A DNA stretch of 64,000 nucleotides from Phoronis australis. Taxonomy: Eukaryota > Animalia > Phoronida. The position numbers were made by a program, and so were the translations under genes. Shown in pieces: positions 52,001 to 64,000 of the stretch. The notes under the pieces are model-generated. The model was not told the DNA's origin and searched no databases. It saw only the letters and a list, made by a program, of their open reading frames with translations. The stretch covers positions 1,603,048 through 1,667,047 of the forward strand of contig NMRA01000005.1 of the NCBI GenBank assembly GCA_002633005.1. The letters are read 5' to 3'. Position 1 is the first letter of the stretch, and every line of letters starts with the position of its first letter.

Positions 52001-55000
52001 AGCCTGGTTCATCTCCTTTTCCATCGCTGCCTTCTCAGCCTTCAGCGCATCTACCTGTGTCTCAAGTTCTTCCACATACTTCTCATACTTGACATTCAGC
52101 TGCTCAACCTCAGCAGAATACTGCTTCTCGCTGTTCTCAACCTTCACCGATAACCTCTGCCTCTCTTCACTCATGTTAGCCACCACTCCCTCCAGCTCGG
52201 CAACATTCTGCTGAAGCTCTTCATTATCTTTTTGATGTCTCACACGAGCCTCATTCTCAGCCTCAACCTGTTTCTCAAGGTAGTCCACCTTATCTTGCAA
52301 CTTGTTCACTTTGTCTGTGTTAGCACTGTTTTCACGAAGTAAGAACAGTTCACCCTTAGCAGACTCGAGTTTCTCAGAAAGCTCAGCCAAGTTCTGCTCC
52401 AGCTCACTCTTTTCCTTCTTATACTTCAACTCACTGTTTCTTCCTGCTTCAATACGTCCCTTCAACTCACTGATGGTACTTTCCAATTCTTTCTTATCCA
52501 TATGCAAATCATTCACTGCCATTGCCCCTGCTTCAAGCTTGGTTCTCAACTGTGAGATTTCCTGCTGCAGGTGTTCTCTCTCGCTACTCAAATTTCTCAT
52601 TTCTTCTACAGATGTTTCTAATTGTTGTCTGATGTCACAAAGCTGTTGAGTCATCTCCTTGTTCTCCTTGTTAAGTTGGTCCCTTCTGTCAACAATTTGC
52701 GTCATCGCCGTCTGGTGTTGGCTATCCAACTCGTCCAGACTGGTCAATAAGGCATCCCTTTCCACGCTTATTTCAGCCAGCCGTTGTTCTTTCTCTTCTA
52801 ATTTAGACACAACATCATCTTCCCCTTGGCTTTTGCGTTCGTCTGCAAAATACAAACATGATAAAAACCCATCCATCACTTTACTACTAATTCTAGTCCG
52901 TTGCACTCGAAAAACAACACAATTCAATAATCAGTCTTAGGTCAGTTTGCATCAACAACCATGTTAGGAGTTTCCAAGACACTTTGGTCAGCAATTTTTG
53001 CAACCATCATCTGATTAACAATGAATGGTACTCAGTGCTACCACTTGCCAATATTACAAACTAGTGCGGTTGGTCTGATGTTACATAATGAAGTGCACAG
53101 GTCACTCAGCCGGGCTCATTACACCAAACACTGACCAAGCTGAGGAACTACAAACCAGGCTCAAGGGTATAGCAAAGGGCTCCAGTGGGATTTGAATCCA
53201 CAGCCTTGAGAACAGGAAGCAGACACTCAAACCAACAGTTCACACTGCCTCTTCTCTAACTGATATTTTCTTATCTCAAGAAGTTCTTTCTCAAATGAAG
53301 AAGTTAAATATGAGGAACTTAACTCATGATATCAACAAACATTTCAAATTCACCTATTTAGTAAAATATTAGCAAGTTATGAGCAAATTACCTTTAGAAA
53401 CAAACGATGCGTGTAGGTCTTCATACTGGGTCTTAACAGAGCTTAATTCCTCTTCAATGCCATTCTGAAAAGATGGGTCACAATAACAGACAAAACAAAC
53501 TGAAAGTACATTCTACGCCTATTATTCTTTCCATGGCAGGAAACAATGTAGCATGGTTTATCTGTTCAATGAATAAACAACAAAATCTAATATCTGATTA
53601 CGGAACACACCACTCAAACTCTGAGGTAAAAATAAGATGAAGACTGTACTTTTCATCAGGTGGTATCCCACGCTGAAAAATTGCTATAGACATAACATGA
53701 TAGAGAACATACTGGAATTTAAATGACAGAGCCGAGTCCAAAAAGAAGCTGGTGTACTTGGGTTTATTATTGACCTGTTACTATGATGCCTCACCCCAGT
53801 TTAACTGTATCGTAGACATTTTTGCAATATCCTTACAATTCTAATACCATTCAAAAACCTACAATTTTGTCAATCTACAACACTGTACTCTCATTTAGAG
53901 GAACTGGAAATTTTTCATAAAACTCTTTGGTTTTTAAAATGCAACAAGGTGTTTACTTAGTTTGCTGACTAGGTTTGTTGCTTCTTTCTGTACCAATGGG
54001 ATCTGCATAAACATATTTTTAGTGATGCCAGTCTCAGAACTAAGTGACGACCACAAGCATGGGCTACGGGAGAGGGATTCAACTGATAAAAATAAAGACA
54101 TGCCAGGCAAAACAATAAAATTTGTAATCAAATCCCTAATCACAGCCTGTGATCAATAAATTTTACTCAAGACTAAAAAATTGACCAATCGCATGTCATC
54201 TTCGTGATAATTTTCCAACTTCACGCAATGTGACGGTCAACTTTCCAGTCGAGTCTTGAGAAAAAATTGCGGTTACGGGCAAGGTTCCCCAAATTGTGAA
54301 GTGCAAATATGCCAATGGTTGAGACGACCAAAACCAATACAACTGGCTACAACTCCACCCCCTACTACCACCTGTGTGTCCAGGGCCAGATGGTCTCTCT
54401 CTAGCTGGGCATTAGCCAGAGCTACTAATTCGAACTTTCCCAGGCCACTGATAGCAGTACAATTGGGCACAGCTCCACCTTCCCCACCACCCAGTGTGTC
54501 TAGGGCCACCCACCCTGGCTGTCACTAGCTGCTCTTTCCCTGTCTGTAGCTGGGCATTAGCCAGAATTACTAACTTGAACTTTCCAAGACCTCTGATAGC
54601 AGTACAACTGGGCACAAATCCATCTCAACCCTCTACCACCTGGTGTTTGTGTTCAGGGCAACCCACCTTGCTCTTCATTAGCTGATCTCTTTCCCTCTCC
54701 AGCTGGGCATTAGCCAGTGTTAGTAGCTCCACCTTTTGGACCAAGTCATGAATGCCAGTCTCTATATCACTCTCAGACTCAGACTCACTGTCTGCACCAG
54801 TACGATCATGCTTCTCAACAGCTATCAAACCCTGGTGAATAAACACATGCAGTTGCACTTCAAAAAACAAAAAGAAAACGAAACAATATAGCAATCACAG
54901 TTACTTCAACAAAAGCTGATCAGCTAGAAATATGTTAGATAAAAATAACACTTAAGCCAGGTCATAATCCAGTGCCATGACCACAAAACTTCAACCAATC

Positions 55001-58000
55001 ACATCGTCAACAATATCTTGAGTCAAGTCTCAAGTAAAGTTTGGTGGTCACGAACCAAGAGGTGCGTTCAGTAGGGCTAGACGCACAAGACACTAGGCAT
55101 AGAGAAACCTTAAACTGAACAGAAATAGTGAGTTTTTCACCTTACGTTCTCGTGCAGCCATGATATTTCAAAAAAAAATGAAACCTGACAAAAAACACCA
55201 AATCATTGGAGAATTAGATCACACAGATTTTCAAAGTGAAAAAGCTTTGTGAATTTTTTGAAAACTACTGCACTGGCATCACAGAGCGCACCCATGGTGA
55301 ATCGCTATGGTAATACATGCTTGCATAAATAAACAAGTGAATCGAAAACGCAGAATCTGCAACAACAAAAAAATTTACATTATGATCACTGGACACACAA
55401 AACACAGGCAATAATGTAAGGACAAACAGGGAAAAAGCAAAGAAATTGTGGGAAAAAAGCATACAACAAACCTTTGAGCCGTCCACGGTTGGCAAATGTG
55501 CTCTCTTGGTCGCCTTGGACCCCTGGACATAGGAAGACAAGCATGGGTGAATTATACTGCAGGAAGCAGCAGTGAAGGTGGGGACATAGGGACAGCTTTG
55601 CACTCACATACAGGGATAACATGAAGACCACAACACCAACATGTAGAGCTACACACAAAAAAGACGATTCTTTAAAATATCTCTCAATCATCCAAGTGTG
55701 CAGAAACGATACAGTGCATGGACTCGTACATAATGTGTTTAGATTTCTAAGGTAATTCTCCACTTATTTCGAACAAAAGAAATTGAATTATATTTTACCT
55801 ATATTCAGGGTATGATAAATACTGAATATGCAGAGTTTGCAGTTGATGGGTTTGCGAAATCATTACTGAGTTACCAAGCATCGCCACCTTCCCATCTGCA
55901 AATTTAATAAAATATGGCCTACGTGTTGCCAACACGACCCAATTTAATATGCTGTTCTAATATTAAAGTACTTTATGCCATCCTTGGCAAAACATTTATT
56001 TGAGCATATGACTCAGAGTCACATGATTTTTCTAGGACACCCCTTTCACACCCTGTTTACAAAAGCACAAGATATCTCATGTAAATGGATGAATTAAGTA
56101 CTTAATACGCAGTGTTCACAGCTTATGAACACAGTTAAAGAGGAATGCATTAATAAGATTGACGTTGAGGGCTTTGCATTGATATTTTTTTGAAACGTGT
56201 GCAAATTAGGCGAGGAAAGAAATTCTCACCAAGTAGCTTCGTGCAAAATAAGTCGGGAACAAAACATCATTTTTACAAAATAATTTTGGGTGAGCAAAAT
56301 GAGGCGAGTGTATGAAATATGTGTAGAATTACCATATATTAACATGACTGTAAGCACTATGACACGAGGTCAAACTCTGTGACCAGATCCTAGAAGACCG
56401 CAAGGTGGACTGTAAATTTAAAATTCAATGATCTGACTGTCGTCAGAGATCATATAGTATCCCTAAGCCTGCCATGATTAACAACTATTGGCCAGGGTAT
56501 GTACGAATCGAGTCATAACATCGTTTCTCGCATATAAGCACATTCGGTTCGGAACAAAAAACATTCAATTCCGCAGGTAACAAACAGTGACCAGACTGAC
56601 GAAAGTGGTCTGTATACTAAAAATTCTGAAATTTGTGAACATATGACACTTTTTTCCATAATATAACATATAACAAGCATTTGCAAGCCTTCATGGACAA
56701 AGCAAATAGCTGCAGTGTAGGTGTAACCAGCAGTAGACACTTAGGGTACCAAGTGTCACCCACATAGAGTATCAGGGTGAATAAACATCCCCCATCAGAC
56801 CAAACACTCAGAAACATTAAGCTGTATGTTTCACTTCCCGCTTTGTAAACACTCACTAATTGTACAGTAACATTGTCTTAAGCACAAAAAATCTCAACCG
56901 TTTCAAAATTAAGGACAAAATCCTCCTTTCAAATAGAATGACCAATTTTTTTCTTTAATCGTAACGTTTTACTATAGACAGAGATTGAGATACACCCAAA
57001 CACACCCCTACCATGACCCCTCCCATCACACCCTCTGACCACCACCACCACCAGCAGCATCACTCCCACCACCAACACAACAGGGTCTGTGTCAATCACC
57101 TGCTGTGCTTGTGCTACAGTCATCTGCATCTCCTTGTCACGTAACTCCTGTCTCAATTTGACGAGCACGTCCTCGAGAGCCTCCTTCTCCATCTGCCAAT
57201 CAGAGCGGACCAACTCAAACTGCTCTATTTCTGTCTCATAGTGTTCTATCTGCTGCTGTAGGGAGTGGACCTGCATACAAATAACACAGAACCTGGGTGA
57301 TATGAAGCTACCAAGACAAAACGAATAATATGCTATGCAAACAAATCAGCCTTATTGAACAACAACGCAGAGCGTTTAATTCAAAATATATACTACAGAG
57401 GTTAAATAGTAGTTGTCAACTGTTTGACTTAGAAATTTTGGTTATTTAGGATTAGTTAAACAATTAATTTTAAATTAATTAAAAATAGATCATCCATTGA
57501 TATTTCTAACAGGAAAAACAAATAAAAAGACAACTTCGCATGTAAAAAAAATATTAATCAAATGTTTCATGCTGAGAGGAGATTACCATATCAGTTAGCT
57601 TATCTTTAAGTGATAGTGCTGTAGTTATAATTCAGGTGGAATGTAACAGTTTAATAAACCTAATCTGTGTATTTTAAAGCCCCTCATACCAGTGAACTTA
57701 AAGACTTATCAATAAAGAAGTACAGCACATATACGTAAGTAGGTGTGCTTGACTCTAATAAATGAACAGCTGGGAGGCAGGTGTTCAAGACTCAGTGGAT
57801 GTAATTAAACCACGCTGCCTTGAGGCACGTCATACAATCTCACCAGCATATTACCACATAGGCAGTGACTCACTGACATCTACTTACCTGGTCATCCAAC
57901 AGGCGGTTTCTCGCTGATATCTCTGAGAAGCCGGACACCACAGAGTCCGTCTCCAGCTCGTCGAAGCCTTGAGCATCAAACGGAAGTAAACGATTTCCAC

Positions 58001-61000
58001 CGGAGTTCTCTGACGAGTTGTTGTGAGCAGTGGGCTTACTGTGGAGTGGAGTACTGGACACGTGCCTGAAGTGAAACAAAATATTATCATAATACATGTG
58101 CAATACACACTATACACACATTGGGCTGCGTCCTGTAGGTGCACGACACTTGCGAAAAAGCAAATAAAATCACACAAGGCCACGTAAAATAAAGCGTGTG
58201 AATAGTGAATGCGCTCAGTACCATACTCGCATACACTAGCAAAATGGTAACTCATGAACTGATTGGTCGGTGGGGTTGGAATGTTGATTTCTGGGATAAA
58301 ATTGATTTCTCGCTCCATATGGTAAGAGATCTGTATTAATGGAATGCACATCATGTGAATGGATTATGGTTTATGATGAGATTGTACGCGCACATCCTGA
58401 TTCACAACTAGAGTGGATATGATGTTGGGACATGATTGCATGTATTTCAGTGATCAATCATCTTTCATTTTGTTTTGACTTTGCTAGTTTCCAAGCTATG
58501 AGGCATCATTTTTGACCTGTTAAACTGTTGTCAAACTCGTTTTATCTCAAGTTCCAAGCAGCAGAGTTTTGGGTTTCACGGAATCTAGTGTACTCGCATC
58601 TCTTTTGTCTTCTTGTTAGTGCAACGTTTATCCATGAACGGTGCAATCCTTTGTATAAGTATTGATGAATTCAGGCAGACTACTCGCTTGGTCATGATCT
58701 GATGTGACACACATGTGTCAATTCACTTTATTTTTTCCAGACGTTTCCTGCTATATATACAGTCATTTCCACACTGCCGGAGAGCATTAGGAAGTTTAAT
58801 TAGCCAGAAATAAAATGAACAGCCAACTCACGCATTTATGTAATACTTACATCGCATAACAATTTGAGTTCACAAAATCAACTATCGAGAGAATACGGAG
58901 TTGCACATCTTTTAATAGAACTATAATCTTGATTAAACAAACTGAATGCATTCTTTCAGATGATGAAACAAATTGCAAGTTCTATTGTGTAAAAAATGTA
59001 TAACAGAAATTGTTGGCATTGCCTTTGATGTTTTGCACTTCTAAAAGACTATCTGACATGTTTTTGTAACATAACAAAATATGGAAATGTATTATTTAAA
59101 ATTAATCAGCACAGCATATCAAGTAACATTCCTTTACTCTTCAGTGAAAAGCAAACACATCAGTCTCAAAGCTGATGTGCCTTCAATTTACATGATACTT
59201 TCCCATCATAACCAATTCCTGTCTCTGACAATTTTCACTACACTCCTCCCCTCTACCTACCTATCTAGCGGGTGACCCAGGTTGCTCTCCGTCTCGCTGT
59301 CCCCGATCAACTCTAGGGTCTTTTCCGAGTCAGATCGTTTCAGAGCCCTCAGGTGCTCAACTTCTCCGCTCATCTCGGCCATACTGTGTTGCCAATGAAC
59401 CTTCTCCGCCGACAGCTCCATCACCACTCTCTGAAGGTGGTCAACAGTGTCCTGCAGTTCCTGGCTGTGCTGCTGTAACACCTTATTCTCTTCCTCGAGA
59501 CTGTCCACAATGTCTGCAAAATACAGCACGCAGCGATTAGACAATACGACAACTACACAGCACTTGCAAACAAACACAAGAATTATGTCCTCGACATTTT
59601 TATACTAATCACCGAAGCATCATCCGGAAACAATGTCCGAGAAAATAACGCTTTGACGCCAAGAGATTTTATATAATGTTTGTGTAGCTTTCTTGAAAAG
59701 GATTTTGCGATTAAGCTCGAAACATCAACAACAAAATCCTTGCATTTGTTCAACCACTCACTCTACATTTTATTGATCCCACTGCTATGCAAGTGATCAC
59801 TTAGTAACATGTGGTGTAGTGTCTTTCAGTATATTGTGAATAAAACCAGTCAATGTCATTATACACAGAGAAAGTTTGACGAATGACAAAACAAGAAACA
59901 CAAAACACCTGGATGTCAATGAGCCCAACTCCAAGCAGATTAATGTTGAATTCTTAAAAAATGTGTGACATATACACCATAATCTGTCGGATTTTTGATT
60001 ATTTTAGCACCTAATTACATAAGCTACAATGCAAGACCAGCACATTCAGTGGCTTCCTAAGATAAGAAAAAAGTATCAAAAGTGAAAGTAGAACAACAGT
60101 AACATTATATGCATGCCCTGCTCCACCAGATGGCAGTACCTGCTGTTATCTGCTGGTGCTCATCATTCCCAATATCTGTTACAATGTCAGTGGCCTCCCT
60201 GGAGATAGACTTCTCCTCCGCCTCAAGTGACGACACAGACGTCCGCAGCTCATTGGTCTAAAATAAGAGAGACATCTATTGGATAAACGCAGTTGATTGC
60301 TGGAAGATAAGTGAAAACTAGCAACAACATGTCATCATTCCAAAAATAATAAGAAGTTCAAAAAAGAGTCAGACAGAGTCCTGGTTTATTTTTCAAAAAT
60401 CAAATTGGTGTTGCAGGCTTTTTGTTTTTAGTTGCTCACATATTCAAAAAAAGAAATTCTTTATTACACGTCTTTGTGAAGCTTTTCAAAAAAACATGAC
60501 ACACTGACTGAAATTGGAGTGGTGGGCTTTTTTTCGTTGGTGAGCACAGGCCTCAAAATGAGTTGGGGTACAGATCAATACCAGCTATACTTTTTGCCCA
60601 ATACTCTAATAGTAACACGGAAGTAATAAGGAAACAAAGTTGCTTCCAAAAAAACAAGAGACTGACAAATGGTACATTTAGCCTATGTGTTCTGCATCAA
60701 GTGTTCACTGTTTGCAAACAACAATGACTTCAATGCAGATGATGGTGGAAAACAATCAATGCTAACTGATTACTATGAATGGGTAATTTCTAAATCATAT
60801 CATGACTACACTCTATTAAGGCTCTGCGTGTATATGGCCATGTGGTATTCAAGCAGCTGGTAACATTATATTCACATATGCAAAGAAATTTTGAAAGCCG
60901 GGGCCCGATAATACGGAAAGACATACATCCAGTCGTAGCTACGATGGTCTTAAGCACTGATGTACGCATGCTACACAGCATTTTTATAGGAATAAAACAT

Positions 61001-63462
61001 TGGAATTTGCAACATAAATTCAATCCAAGTTCGGCTTGACACTGAATGACAATCACTATAAACCACTTTTAATGAACTGTATGCCAGTAAATACACGGCA
61101 ACCTCAGTTTGAGAGAAGGCGAGATAAAACGGGCCCGATACGACTAAACGAGCAAAGCGAGTGTCTACAGCTAACCTGCTGTCCTGCCTCAATGATTCGA
61201 CTGACAAGCTGGTGTTTTTCCTGAATAATTTCAGCTTTTCTTGCATGTATATCCCTACCAAAGCTCCTCCTAGCACTCTGCAAATCGCGCAACATTTCCG
61301 TGGTCTGCGCCTGCAACAATGACTAGCTTTGTGAAAACTGCTGCATCACAGCCAGTACTTTGTGATGTTTAGTGATAAGCACTAGATGTGGTGAGACAAA
61401 GTGAAAAACTATGAAAATGTTTTACGATACAACATTAAATTTAACGAGACGCCTCTTTAAGTAATTATGTCGAGAGTATCTACTGTAGTTTGTAATATCA
61501 CTGCACCATTAAATGACATGATGCCAACAAACTAACACAAAATGACATACTGTTTAGCTACAAAAATTACCTTTTCATTCTTCCAACAAAAAGAAACAAT
61601 TAAAAAATGAATACTACAAGAAAACAAAGAATGTGAAAAGCCACCCATGAACTGGACAAAGCACTGAGGCAGGCAGCAGGTTAGTGACCACTCAAGCCAG
61701 AAAGACGACATGTGTGAGTACTGTGTCTTTAGAGATTCAAACAAATTACATGGCACAAACTTAGCACAGGCAGACCATGCGAGGTGAATGCCATGGGAAC
61801 ACCTCGACTACAGCAAGGATGGAAAGCAACAGGCACTCAATGCATCTGCAGACTTAGTGTAGACCACAGAAGAGAAAACGTATATACATTCACCTAGTAA
61901 GTATACAGGCACATCGTCCTGTACAGTACAGGAGGATTGAAAGATTCCCATCTGCTCACATAGCAGAAACTGGAGTTTTTGCAGTCGACTGAAATGAACC
62001 CGATGGCTCTTAAATGATTTACTTACTATTTCGGCACTAATGCCATCTCATGATCAGACGGGGGCCTCCTCTGCAGCATAACAAAGCTGGTCGAACAAAA
62101 CCCCCTCTGGATCCATGCCTGTTGTGTGTGCTGTTAACAATGCACTACCAGTGACTGTGACATACAATCCCAAAAGGAAGGAAGCCCCAAGGTGCGCATG
62201 TGTATAGCAAAGCACAGCTGCCATAAAGATTTGCATTCGGGTAAAATGAACAGTGACAACCAGGTGTGTATGCACCAGGATTTCCAAAAGAGACCCCACC
62301 AAGAAAAAGCCCCCATGGGATCTCTTTCGGGATCCTTTGACATGTGTGGTACTAATGGCAAATGTGAGCAAAATGTCAGTATTTCTCATTTTTTTTATCT
62401 TGAAAAGCCTTATCAACAAGTCTGTGCATTTCGCAAAATACCTTTAAAACTATGAAAGTAACGTAATTGTAAAGCTGTGTACATTTTCCACAAGTAGAAA
62501 GACTGTCGACTTCGATTTTCAACCTCACTCGCTTATACCAAAGTGTCATTAATTGGGCCAAATGAACATGACGTGTCTTTTTTGTAAACATAGTAAAAAG
62601 AGAATGGTACTTTCATAGCAAAATAACTGAATAAAAACATGACCAAGTTTCATTTGAAAGGTTTAAGACGAACTACCAAAAATGTTGCGACAGTTTCCCA
62701 AAATGATATCATTTAGTTTTACGCAACTTGTGAGGTTTTTACAGCCTCTAATGCAAAGGTGGAATTTTTAAAAGCAATTCCTATAATTGCGTTCTGGAGA
62801 ATAATGCACCAAGCACAGTTTATGAAAGATTTATATCAATCCGAGATATGATGTTCTGAAATCATCTAAATTTAGATATTTTTCTAGGGACATACATAAC
62901 CTTAAAAGGACTGTTATTTGAGAAGTTGTTCGCTTGTCAACAGAAACATAGTCAGACTACAATTATAACAGTCACATTTCCTGCAACTATTATCTTACAA
63001 CATACCTTAAACAGTCCATGGCTGAATGAGGGCGCTGCAGGGAGCTATAAAAATTTAAAAAGGGCAGGGCCACTTTTTTCCAAAAGACCTCTGGAGACTC
63101 TATCTGGACAGTCACTTTGGTAGAAAGAACTTTGAATTCCCAAAAAGAGCAATCGGGGAATTTTAGGGAAATACTTCGTAACGATAGATATACGAGGCAT
63201 GCCTAAGCTAAACCTAGTTGACACGTTGTCAGACTCCAAGCAAGGACAATGAAAACATGAGAAAACATTGACCTACGCATCACCATCAGACATGCTCTAC
63301 TAGTTAGTGCACACAAACACAGTAAGTAAGGACACTAGGATACACAAGAGCAATGTACATGGTTTGTTTCCAGCTGCTTGAGTAGATGAGTCTTAGTGGT
63401 AAACAAGTCACTGCGAACCTTAGCTTCACGCAGTTGCAGCTCTTCAATCCTCTTCTGAGCAT
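40052..63462 (-). CDS. TRIP11: Golgin GMAP-210 / thyroid receptor-interacting protein 11, 5'-partial, 18 exons (~1960 codons) in the window
   Basis: Exons 63462-63359, 61310-61176, 60257-60140, 59513-59261, 58065-57888, 57270-57100, 54831-54667, 53464-53392, 52842-49790, 49436-49128, 48120-47896, 46640-46519, 46254-45999, 45501-45402, 42645-42564, 42064-41950, 40926-40831, 40387-40052. All GT-AG, phases consistent. Long coiled coil with [65 protein letters not shown], then the GRAB domain ([15 protein letters not shown]...[10 protein letters not shown]) and [14 protein letters not shown]. The 5'-most small exons are assigned on phase continuity. Confidence 0.9.
43255..43325 (-). ncRNA. mir-12: microRNA mir-12 precursor (mature 5p 43317-43296)
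   Basis: The - strand reads UGAGUAUUACAUCAGGUACUGA (miR-12 mature as recalled), then a loop, then the complementary arm UCAGUGUCUAUGUGAUACUCG. Sense to the TRIP11 intron. Confidence 0.92.
43670..43739 (-). ncRNA. mir-216: microRNA mir-216 family precursor (mature 5p from 43730)
   Basis: The - strand reads UAAUCUCAGCUGGUAAUUAUUGAG with star arm CUCAAGUUACUAGGUGAGAUUUCA. Seed AAUCUCA. Confidence 0.88.
44115..44185 (-). ncRNA. mir-216: microRNA mir-216b/mir-283-type precursor (mature 5p from 44178)
   Basis: The - strand reads UAAUAUCAGCUGGUAAUUCUGAG with star arm CUCGGGAUCCAGCCUGGUAUUAUA. Seed AAUAUCA as in insect miR-283. Confidence 0.88.
44443..44510 (-). ncRNA. mir-216: microRNA mir-216 family precursor (mature 5p from 44506)
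   Basis: The - strand reads UAAUCUCAGCUGGUAAUUGCGAG with star arm CUCCUGAUUAUCAGCCGAGGUUUCACC. Confidence 0.88.
45140..45375. repeat. Intronic minisatellite, 34-bp unit, 6-7 copies
   Basis: GTGAACAACATGCATCACATTCATACAGCTAGGY repeats at 34-bp spacing. Confidence 0.92.
47014..47915. repeat. 28-bp minisatellite (~15 copies) derived from a TRIP11 exon/intron junction, interrupted by a transposon
   Basis: Unit CTCTCAGTACTAACCTGTAGAATGTGAG. The rightmost copy is the real exon end and donor at 47896/47895. Confidence 0.92.
47277..47777. mobile_element. Non-autonomous DNA transposon, 501 bp, 13-bp TIR CAGGGCTTGGAAT, 6-bp TSD ACTAAC (hAT-like ends)
   Basis: CAGGGCTTGGAAT ... ATTCCAAGCCCTG, with ACTAAC at 47271-47276 and 47778-47783. 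CpG-rich interior with repeated TTCCGC subterminal motifs. Confidence 0.88.
49790..52842 (-). CDS. TRIP11: TRIP11 giant internal coiled-coil exon (3053 bp)
   Basis: Most of the 1052-aa ORF in the track, bounded by a ttttgcag acceptor and an AAG|gtaagc donor. Confidence 0.93.
53120..53250 (-). mobile_element. Degenerate tRNA-derived SINE fragment
   Basis: The - strand has a tRNA-like head with A-box-like GTTGGTTTGAGTG and B-box-like GGATTCAAATCC, followed by CCCTTGAGC as in SINE core regions. No intact cloverleaf. Confidence 0.5.
54340..54745 (-). repeat. Three diverged tandem copies (~145-155 bp) of the 3' half of a TRIP11 exon plus flank
   Basis: AGCTGGGCATTAGCCAG at ~54403, ~54548 and ~54701. 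Translations [13 protein letters not shown] (true exon), [13 protein letters not shown] and [13 protein letters not shown]. Confidence 0.8.
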
Positions 63463-64000
63463 CTGCAAAAACAGAAATAAACAAATTAATTAAGAGATTG
63501 AAAAAGGAAATGTTCAAACCATTAACGCATTCAGACATTTGGATATTGTGCTAACAAGTTTAGCAAAGAAATTTTAAAAATTTTTAACAGACTAACAAAA
63601 CCTACACAACAGTTATCCCTAAAACCAAGCCTAGTTATGAGCCGCGTGGGCAAAACACATTCATGATAGAGTGCAGGTGATATACATACAGAGAGACAGT
63701 CAGCTGCTACCTAGAGGCATGGCATGACATTTAATAATGGCATACAACATGAAACATGTGTTGCCTTGTATTGATTTAACTTGACAATTACATATGTCTC
63801 TATTGATAACAGTTATAGGGAGGACAACGTCATTAGTGTTTTGCTGGCACACATCCTCTCCAGTGATGACACTATCAAACACTATTAAAGTTTTGTATCA
63901 TTGCTTCAACAATGCAATGTTCATTCGCATTGTCATTTTGTTGCGGTAAATACAAAGAATTATTAATGAGATATACGCTCATTACTTATGATTGTTTTGA

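Noticed and set aside
50571-52940. Several + strand ORFs rich in Ser/Leu/Phe
   Set aside because: Antisense shadows of the Glu/Lys/Gln-rich TRIP11 exon.
61311-61381. Longer version of the TRIP11 exon using an acceptor at 61382
   Set aside because: It introduces an in-frame TAG. The acceptor at 61311 keeps the frame.

Overview
Eukaryotic (metazoan) genomic DNA, not prokaryotic. The miR-12 plus miR-216-type microRNAs point to a protostome, probably a lophotrochozoan such as a mollusc, annelid or brachiopod (inference). From left to right: a 57-bp GC-rich satellite and older repeats; a two-exon secreted gene with a PAN/apple-like module and a CBM14 chitin-binding domain (+); NDUFAF5 (-, 8 exons, with a 1.5-kb duplication across an N that is probably an assembly artefact); TASP1/taspase-1 (-, 9 exons); then head-to-head a single exon carrying two complete mitochondrial ORFs, SDHAF1 (LYR protein) and TAMM41, 30 nt apart (+); and the last 18 exons of TRIP11/GMAP-210 (-, 5' end outside the window). 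The main highlights are the apparent SDHAF1-TAMM41 bicistronic mRNA and an intronic miR-216/miR-12 cluster in TRIP11 with extra unassigned hairpins. Others are TASP1-NDUFAF5 linkage shared with human and a minisatellite built from a TRIP11 splice donor. Exon boundaries were read by hand from GT-AG sites and reading-frame continuity. Gene identities are recalled family similarity; no database search was run.
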